Positions 1 to 5,427 of a stretch of 37,405 bases of DNA are shown piece after piece. Location: IMG/VR virus record IMGVR_UViG_3300027971_000007. One strand, 5' to 3'. Below the pieces are notes generated by a model. That model was not told the DNA's origin. It saw nothing but the letters and a program-made list of their open reading frames with translations, and ran no database searches. Numbering within the stretch: position 1 is the first letter of the stretch; every line of letters begins with the position of its first letter. A program made the translations under genes and the position numbers. Source of the DNA: a virus.

Positions 1-127
1 ATCATTAAAGACCTCGAGTTGTTTATCATGTAGTTTTACTTGTAAGGTTGACAATTAGAACGAGTAATTTCCTTGTAACATTATTTGATAGCCTTGAGGT
101 GTTAAGTTTCCATTAACATCAATCATA
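1..127. repeat. Exact 127-bp terminal overlap with 37279..37405 (circular or terminally redundant contig; unique length 37278 bp)
   Basis: Direct comparison shows bases 1-127 identical to 37279-37405. Bases 1-54 re-encode the first 18 codons of terL, and 55-127 re-encode the 3' end of ORF 55..639. Confidence 0.95.
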
Positions 128-639
128 CCATTTTCAAACATTTTTCTATAATTAGCATTTAGTGCTGGACCAGCTTGTTTAGAATAGGATCCACTAGCTG
201 TAAAGTTTCCTACATTAACTCCTGCTTGAATATCTTTTGGTGTTGCTTCTAAATTAAGCATACCATCATTGTAATTGTAATATGGGGTTTTATTTCTACC
301 ACTATAACCAACCTCTCCTGGAATGCCTGGTACAGAAGTTGTAACATCATAACCATACTTGTCTAAGTTAGCCCTTGTATTCCCCATAGCAATATCTACA
401 CCTACAGGGTTCATAAGGTCTTTATTAATACCAGCAGTTATATCTTGGTTAGAATATTCTAGTCTTCCACCTAAGTTTCTATTTTCAGGATCAACATATC
501 CTGATGCGTAGACTGGACCAATCTCTGCTCCAAAGTTTTGGGAAGCTTTTGGTATAATTGCATAAGGGGTAAATTTATCTATCTCATCCATTGTCTTCTT
601 TGATTTCCTCGTAGTCGGCTTCTTGAATTTCTTCTTCAC
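55..639 (-). CDS. Hypothetical Gly/Asn/Tyr-rich beta-strand-type protein between the TerS-like gene and TerL
   Basis: 194-aa ORF. An alternative ATG at 591 makes an ATGGATGA overlap with the upstream stop. The sequence has an alternating beta-like pattern and ends ...LQGNYSF. The N-terminus is basic with no hydrophobic signal peptide. Its TAA stop abuts the TTG start of terL across the contig junction. No family recognised. Confidence 0.6.
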   Translation of the reverse strand: MKKKFKKPTTRKSKKTMDEIDKFTPYAIIPKASQNFGAEIGPVYASGYVDPENRNLGGRLEYSNQDITAGINKDLMNPVGVDIAMGNTRANLDKYGYDVTTSVPGIPGEVGYSGRNKTPYYNYNDGMLNLEATPKDIQAGVNVGNFTASGSYSKQAGPALNANYRKMFENGMIDVNGNLTPQGYQIMLQGNYSF

Positions 640-1132
640 TAGAATGTATCACTGTCTCACCCACACCCATAATCTGAATGCTGATGTGGTTACTCTTACC
701 TTTTACTTTTTCTAAATAGTCAGCTGGGAGGATACGATCCATCACAATCTTTAAGCAAGCCATTTGGTCATCATCTGTATCATCGAGTGCTTTGAACAGC
801 ACCTTCTCAACAATGTACTTACTCTCACGACCAAGCATCTCTGCTAAGATTTCTTGTGCCCTAGCTTTTTTAGAAACTGGGAGAATGGCATCACTCTTCC
901 GTTTCTTGATAATCTTATTCTTTTTGTATTCGATGGGTTCTAAACCCTGTTCCATCCGTTCTTTGTTCAAACGAACTAAGGCTGGTCGTCCAGCACCTGG
1001 ACGGCGTCCTCCTCTACGGCGGACTTGTGCAGCCACCCCGTCTTTATTCTCGGGAGTAGCTTCGGCTACGACAATCTCTATGTCTACTGGTTTAAACTCT
1101 TCGGTCATCTTTATCCTTAAAGGAGACGGCAT
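584..1132 (-). CDS. Putative terminase small subunit / DNA-binding protein (positional call)
   Basis: 182-aa ORF. The ATG at 1108 (MTEEF...) has AAGGA 5 nt upstream and is the likelier start. It has an RRRGGRRPGAGRP segment, a basic centre and an acidic tail. It is the first gene of the late operon, upstream of terL and directly downstream of a consensus promoter. Confidence 0.35.
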   Translation of the reverse strand: MPSPLRIKMTEEFKPVDIEIVVAEATPENKDGVAAQVRRRGGRRPGAGRPALVRLNKERMEQGLEPIEYKKNKIIKKRKSDAILPVSKKARAQEILAEMLGRESKYIVEKVLFKALDDTDDDQMACLKIVMDRILPADYLEKVKGKSNHISIQIMGVGETVIHSSEEEIQEADYEEIKEDNG

Positions 1133-1156
1133 CTATAATTAGATGCTCATATAACA

Positions 1157-1185
1157 ATTATACCACAACTTTTTAAGAATGTCAA
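1157..1185 (-). promoter_or_regulatory. Sigma70-type late promoter (TTGACA-N17-TATAAT followed by TGTTATAT)
   Basis: The minus strand reads TTGACA (1185..1180), a 17-nt spacer ending TGG, then TATAAT (1162..1157) and TGTTATATG. The same core occurs at 25078-25106 and 34092-34120. Confidence 0.75.
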
Positions 1186-1272
1186 TAGATATTTGAAGAA
1201 GAAGCTAGATTAGCTATTTTTAAGAAGAGGATAGAAGACTTTCGGTTTTTGAACCTCAAGTGAAAAAACTAC

Positions 1273-1301
1273 TTGACAGAATAGAATACTTCTGTTATAA
1301 T
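1273..1301 (+). promoter_or_regulatory. Perfect consensus sigma70 promoter (TTGACA-N17-TATAAT) firing into an A/T-only tract
   Basis: TTGACA at 1273-1278, a 17-nt spacer, TATAAT at 1296-1301. No ORF follows; the A/T-only tract begins at 1308. Confidence 0.7.
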
Positions 1302-1307
1302 AAGATC

Positions 1308-1379
1308 TTTAATATATATATATATAATAATATATATAATATATAATATAATAATAATATATTAATATAATATAAATAA
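1308..1379. repeat. 72-nt tract with no G or C (degenerate TA/TAA repeats); candidate DNA-unwinding element / origin
   Basis: Every base from 1308 to 1379 is A or T. The tract is bounded by C1307 and C1380. It has TAA in all frames and is non-coding. Confidence 0.9.
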
Positions 1380-1381
1380 CA

Positions 1382-1403
1382 AAGCCAGGAACAAACCTGG
1401 CTT
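1382..1403 (-). terminator. Hairpin terminator downstream of pqqA (also lies in the path of the plus-strand promoter at 1273)
   Basis: AAGCCAGG / CCTGGCTT forms an 8-bp stem with a 6-nt loop, 18 nt after the pqqA stop. On the minus strand a T-rich run follows (TGTTATTTAT...). On the plus strand the trailing U-run is poor. Confidence 0.65.
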
Positions 1404-1421
1404 AGTCATGTTTCTTTAAAT

Positions 1422-1496
1422 CTATCGATTCATAACATACATTGTCACTTCGAAACCGAAGCGTAACTCGGTGACGCTAGGTTGAGTCCATTTCAT
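1422..1496 (-). CDS. pqqA: PqqA-like peptide (pyrroloquinoline quinone precursor), 24 aa
   Basis: The reverse-strand translation is MKWTQPSVTELRFGFEVTMYVMNR*. This matches the PqqA signature W..P...(D/E)LR.G.EVT.Y...R, including the Glu-x3-Tyr pair. AAAGGAG lies 6 nt before the ATG, TATAAT lies upstream at 1536..1531, and a hairpin lies downstream. The gene is below the 60-aa cutoff of the ORF track. Confidence 0.85.
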   Translation of the reverse strand: MKWTQPSVTELRFGFEVTMYVMNR

Positions 1497-1530
1497 ATTA
1501 TACTCCTTTCATTTTCTAGTTTATATAATA

Positions 1531-1559
1531 ATTATACTCCATTCTTAAGAATATGTCTT
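1531..1559 (-). promoter_or_regulatory. Candidate pqqA promoter (AAGACA-N17-TATAAT)
   Basis: The minus strand reads AAGACA (1559..1554), a 17-nt spacer, then TATAAT (1536..1531), about 35 nt upstream of the pqqA ATG. Confidence 0.5.
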
Positions 1560-2238
1560 GCGTATTATCATTAACTTCTAGTAAGCGAGGAATGCCCTTA
1601 AAGGCATTTCGAGCTACCTTCGTATCAAATCTAAAAGAAAATCGTTCCTAGACCCCTTCCTGTGATTCCTAGGGCTATTATTATAACCAGTTCCCTATGC
1701 CATATATCACTTATTTTTAATTTATAGTTGTCGATGTTTGATAAGGTCCCTTTTTTCCTTCTGATATATTTGGTGTGTACCTATAAAAATATTCCAGTAG
1801 CCAACCAATACCCCCCCCCTATACTTTACATCTGATTAAAAAGTAATCAGTTGTTAATTAACAAGTGATTAAACTTTAAGCACTCATTAAAGCTCTTATG
1901 ATTGAGCTCATACTCATGGTCATAATAGTTGAGTAATTATGTCGGGTAATTTGGAGATTTTTTAAGTTGAGTGAGTGAAAGTCTTTTTACTGGTACACAT
2001 AGCACCATGATAAGCACCACTTATCACACCATAAGAACTGATATATAAAACATATAAGACATTGAGACCATTAAGAATATGCACAAAAATTGAGCACAAA
2101 AAGAAAATTTGAATAATTCAAAGCATTGGCACGATTATTGCTTTGACTTTGAAATATATTTGATTAATCGTGTATTTTTATTGATTGTTTTGAATTATAA
2201 TCGGGGAGTGCACATTCGCACATATATAGGGACAAAAA

Positions 2239-2319
2239 ATGAAAGCTCAATATGTAATTGGTTTCATACTTAGCGCAGTGACATTCTATGGTTTTATTTT
2301 TTTATTACTTTCACTATAA
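2239..2319 (+). CDS. Small hydrophobic (single-TM) peptide, 26 aa
   Basis: MKAQYVIGFILSAVTFYGFIFLLLSL*. TAGGGA lies 8 nt upstream. The ORF ends 11 nt before the 517-aa gene. Confidence 0.4.
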   Translation: MKAQYVIGFILSAVTFYGFIFLLLSL

Positions 2320-2330
2320 GGGGACACATC

Positions 2331-3884
2331 ATGCACGGACTTATTAAACTTAACGGACTCTATGGGGTCAGTCGAATTGACTTAAAAGAGTTTATTTATA
2401 TGAATTTAATCTCATTCAATTTGAGAGTCAGGACTCACTCATTACAGCAAATAAAAATTGCTACTCTTAAGAGTGGTCGAAAGTTGTCAAAGTATGTCGC
2501 ATCAATAAAGCGAAATAACACACCGACAGAGGTCGTCTGTGATTATTTAAAGCATCTTAGAAGTAATGTCATAGCACCGACAGTCAATAAAATTGAGCCC
2601 TGTATTTTTAGAGTTGAGAGACTTTGGACTGACAATGGGTGGGAGTACATTGACCCGATAAAACTCGGTATGTCTGAAAATTCAAATAAACTTTTCGGAC
2701 ATTTTCAACCTCTGCACAATCTACACAGGTCAGTCACAGAGCCGTCAATGGTCGCATATTATCCGAGTTTAAGACACATGAGAGAGAGTCGGGAGGTCAA
2801 AACTCGTCTCGGTAAGTACCTCACCACATATAAAAATGAATTCAATCTCTCTGAAAGTGACATTAAAACAGTGGTCGAGGGCTTTAACGGATTTTTAAAT
2901 TCACAATCGGGGTGGGTGGTCTCATTCATTGACCATGATGACCCGACAGGGTGGGTCAATGCTTATGCAGATGTGAGTGCTTTGAGGACTTGTATGTCAG
3001 GGGAAAAGGCTGTCAGAGTGTATGCACATAGTAAGTCAGTCTTAAAACTTGCTGTTTTAAAAAATGCTGAGGGCTCTATTATTGCTCGGTCGATTGTCAG
3101 AGATGATGACAGAAAAGGTTATTTAAGAGTGTACCCAGCTCCCGACAATGCACCTGAGGGCAGATTTTTAAGAGACCACTTATGCGCTGTAGGCTATAAG
3201 AATGAAATTGACCTCGACGGGTGTCTCTTACAGGCTATTGAGTCAGGGCATGGGGGATATGTCGCACCATATATTGACTCGGGTCGGACTGGTACTCAAA
3301 AAGGTGAGCTCATTACCATTGACGGGGTGTCTTATATTGAGGTGGGGTCAGGTTATCTCGACTTAGCTATGACGGGAGGTCACACAGATGAGATGAGTAC
3401 CTGTGCTGACTGTGGTGAGGGTATGACAGATGATGACTCCACTTATATTGAGTACTGCGACCACTCTGTATGTCAGAGCTGTCTCGACGATAATTATACT
3501 TATGCCTATACTCGACACGGACAAAATGACATACCAAGTGACAGGGCTGTAAGATGTCAGACTGACTCTGAGTACTATGACATTGATTATCTCTCTGAGT
3601 ATGATATTTATCAGTGTGACCATGATGAGCTTTTCTATCATATTGATGAGTTGATTGAGTGTGACGGGGGTACCTACTATGTCGGGCACTGTGTACGCCT
3701 CGACCATGAGCATGAGGACGACAATTATTGTTTTAATGAGTTCGCACATACCTTGTCAGACGGGTCAATATGTCACAGTGATGACGCTGAGACACTTCAA
3801 AATGAGCTTAATGACTCTTATGAGGCTGAGTGTCCTGACCATAACCCACAATTAAACAATGAAAGTGAGACAGAAAATGAATAA
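2331..3884 (+). CDS. Hypothetical 517-aa early protein with an acidic Cys/His/Tyr-rich C-terminal region
   Basis: Long ORF with AAGGGG upstream. The N-terminal ~350 aa are not recognised. The C-terminal ~160 aa are very acidic with CADCGEG...CDHSVCQSC...CDHDE...HCVRLDHEHEDD clusters. Codon usage (Val GTC, Asp GAC, Glu GAG, Leu CTC) differs from the rest of the genome. Confidence 0.8.
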   Translation: MHGLIKLNGLYGVSRIDLKEFIYMNLISFNLRVRTHSLQQIKIATLKSGRKLSKYVASIKRNNTPTEVVCDYLKHLRSNVIAPTVNKIEPCIFRVERLWTDNGWEYIDPIKLGMSENSNKLFGHFQPLHNLHRSVTEPSMVAYYPSLRHMRESREVKTRLGKYLTTYKNEFNLSESDIKTVVEGFNGFLNSQSGWVVSFIDHDDPTGWVNAYADVSALRTCMSGEKAVRVYAHSKSVLKLAVLKNAEGSIIARSIVRDDDRKGYLRVYPAPDNAPEGRFLRDHLCAVGYKNEIDLDGCLLQAIESGHGGYVAPYIDSGRTGTQKGELITIDGVSYIEVGSGYLDLAMTGGHTDEMSTCADCGEGMTDDDSTYIEYCDHSVCQSCLDDNYTYAYTRHGQNDIPSDRAVRCQTDSEYYDIDYLSEYDIYQCDHDELFYHIDELIECDGGTYYVGHCVRLDHEHEDDNYCFNEFAHTLSDGSICHSDDAETLQNELNDSYEAECPDHNPQLNNESETENE

Positions 3885-4851
3885 AAAAAGACTGCTCGAC
3901 ATTTTGACATACAGACGAGGACACAATTCAAAGGGTGAAAGTGCTTTCATTAAAAAGTATATGAGCAATTTTGACCCTCTCAAAAATGACAAAGGTGAAG
4001 TCCTCGCTTATGTGTATGACAATCACAATGACAAAAAGGGTCATAAGGTTATGTGGTCGAGTCACATTGACACCATGCACAAAAAAGACCCTCACAAAAT
4101 AAAACAGCAAGTATTTTTAGACACCTTTGACACAGCCTTTGTGGACGATGAGTCCGACTGTCTCGGTGCTGATAATGGTGCAGGGGTCGCACTTATGCTC
4201 GACATGATTGACGCTGACATTGAGGGTGTGTATGTATTTCACAGAGGTGAAGAGATTGGACTGTGGGGGTCGTCTCAGATTGTCGAGACTCACCTCGATT
4301 TTATCAAGTCATTCACACACTCGATAGCCTTTGACAGACGAGCTGAAACCTCTGTTATCACTCACCAATCGGGTAGGCAGGGCATAAGTGAGTCATTCAC
4401 AGCTCAGCTCTGTAACCTATTGTCACTCGGTTATATTGCTGACCCTACGGGTGCTTACACTGATACATACACCTATTTTGACTATGTATCCGAGTGCACC
4501 AATGTCAGCATAGGATATATGTCAGAGCACTCAAAAAGTGAGACCCTCAATGTGTCTCATGTCGAAAAGTTGTCAGATAGATTGTGCTCGATTGACTGGA
4601 GTACTATTGACCTCATACATGAGAGAGTGGCAGAGCCCGAGACCTTTTATAAAAAGTCCTACTATGGGTCTTATTATGATGTCCCTATGATTGATGAGCT
4701 CATGTCTTATGACACCCGAGCTCTGACAGCATGGGTCAAAAATGCTGAGCTCTCTGACATTGTGTCAGTCATTCAAAATCTGACAGACGAGGTCGCTTAT
4801 TCTTATGAGTCAGACCCACTCCCACACCTACACTCGAGGGCGTACACTTAG
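3859..4851 (+). CDS. Clan MH (M28/M20/M42-like) di-zinc peptidase
   Basis: Ordered motifs are WSSHIDTM (H-x-D), LGADNGAGVALML (bridging Asp), HRGEEIGLWGSS (Glu-Glu), AFDRR and YMSEHS. An alternative start at ATG 3877 makes an ATGAATAA overlap with the upstream stop. It shares the atypical codon usage of the upstream gene. Confidence 0.65.
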   Translation: MKVRQKMNKKRLLDILTYRRGHNSKGESAFIKKYMSNFDPLKNDKGEVLAYVYDNHNDKKGHKVMWSSHIDTMHKKDPHKIKQQVFLDTFDTAFVDDESDCLGADNGAGVALMLDMIDADIEGVYVFHRGEEIGLWGSSQIVETHLDFIKSFTHSIAFDRRAETSVITHQSGRQGISESFTAQLCNLLSLGYIADPTGAYTDTYTYFDYVSECTNVSIGYMSEHSKSETLNVSHVEKLSDRLCSIDWSTIDLIHERVAEPETFYKKSYYGSYYDVPMIDELMSYDTRALTAWVKNAELSDIVSVIQNLTDEVAYSYESDPLPHLHSRAYT

Positions 4852-4872
4852 AGACATTTTTTAAATGCTCAT

Positions 4873-4901
4873 AAGCCCTCACTTTCGAGGGCTTTTTTTT
4901 T
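4873..4901 (+). terminator. Strong intrinsic terminator ending the island operon
   Basis: AAGCCCTC-ACTTTC-GAGGGCTT forms an 8-bp GC-rich stem followed by a T9 run, 22 nt after the peptidase stop. Confidence 0.85.
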
Positions 4902-5209
4902 GTCGGTGAGTATTTAAAAGACTTTTCTTAACTGTGGTCTCAATGACTCACAAAAAGTCTCATTAAAGGCATTTTTAAGCTCTTAAATAAACTTTTTTTA
5001 TTTGATAGGGGGTAAGTATAGGGGACACAAAAATAATGCGACATAGCTCGATTGTGTAGCTCATTCTTTTATAATTTCAGTCAAAAAGCCTGATTTTATA
5101 GGGTGTGAGAGGTATTTTTTAAAATCACGGATACTCTGTGAGGGTCGAGTCTTGTCTGAAAAAATAGAAATATGATACAAACTGTTACAAAGTTTTTGTT
5201 AAAAACATC

Positions 5210-5238
5210 TTGACAAAAACCAATTTTACATGGAAAAT
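5210..5238 (+). promoter_or_regulatory. Candidate sigma70 promoter for the replication-arm genes (TTGACA-N17-GAAAAT)
   Basis: Perfect -35 at 5210-5215 and a 4/6 -10 at 5233-5238. It fits the SD-supported start at 5278 rather than the ORF-track start at 5230. Confidence 0.45.
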
Positions 5239-5277
5239 TTTAAACAAATGGGTTTTCCATTTTTAAAGGAGAAACAA

Positions 5278-5427
5278 ATGAAATATACTTTCTATAAAGT
5301 ATTATATAATAATGGTGCAATTGCAGGATATGTTTTTGGAAAAGATTATGAAGATGCTTTACAAAAAGCAAAAACTCTTTATAATAATTTTATTATTTTA
5401 GAAATTATAGAAGATGGAGATTTATAA
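5278..5427 (+). CDS. Hypothetical small protein (49 aa)
   Basis: The internal ATG at 5278 is preceded by AAAGGAG. The upstream part of the 5230 ORF lacks an SD and overlaps the putative promoter. Confidence 0.5.
   Translation: MKYTFYKVLYNNGAIAGYVFGKDYEDALQKAKTLYNNFIILEIIEDGDL

Noticed and set aside
1-127. The 127-bp repeat at both ends as a biological direct terminal repeat
   Set aside because: It cuts through the middle of coding sequence (the terL start and the preceding ORF). Its length equals a common assembler maximum k-mer. A circular-assembly overlap is the simpler explanation, although a true DTR cannot be excluded without reads.
792-1142. 116-aa plus-strand ORF antisense to the TerS-like gene
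   Set aside because: It lies entirely within a better-supported minus-strand gene. It has no SD and a Ser/Arg/Leu-rich shadow composition.
1308-1379. The A/T tract as a CRISPR array or a simple sequencing artefact
   Set aside because: It has no repeat-spacer periodicity and no G/C-containing repeats. It is a degenerate TA/TAA microsatellite-like tract. A second tract in a similar promoter context (7840-7908) argues for function rather than artefact.
1430-1480. The hairpin-rich segment (GTCAC...CTTCGAAACCGAAG...GTGAC) as a tRNA or small RNA
   Set aside because: It has no cloverleaf and no T-loop consensus. The segment lies inside the pqqA coding sequence, and the protein-level match explains it.
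2331-3884. The 517-aa early protein as a compact single-subunit RNA polymerase
   Set aside because: It is far shorter than T7-type RNA polymerases, and I could not find the polymerase motifs A, B or C. All the promoters I could recognise are host sigma70-type.
2331-4851. Apparent enrichment of GANTC (GAGTC/GACTC) sites in the island genes, read as a CcrM-type methylation signal
   Set aside because: A rough hand count suggests at most about two-fold over expectation. The excess is explained by the GTC/GAC/GAG/CTC codon preference. It is not convincing without proper statistics.
2060-4945. An 11-bp inverted repeat (CATTGAGACCA at 2060-2070, reverse complement at 4935-4945) and a 12-bp direct repeat (TTAAAGGCATTT at 1598-1609 and 4963-4974) as transposon-like island borders
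   Set aside because: Matches of 11-12 nt are about what chance gives among the millions of position pairs in a 3.7-kb AT-rich region. There is no transposase and no target-site duplication.
5020-5059. The AGGGGACACA motif (also at 2319-2328 just before the 517-aa gene) followed by a 7-codon ORF (5036-5059), read as the remnant of a deleted third island gene
   Set aside because: A 10-mer repeat is within chance expectation and the ORF is too short to evaluate. Noted only as a possible deletion scar.
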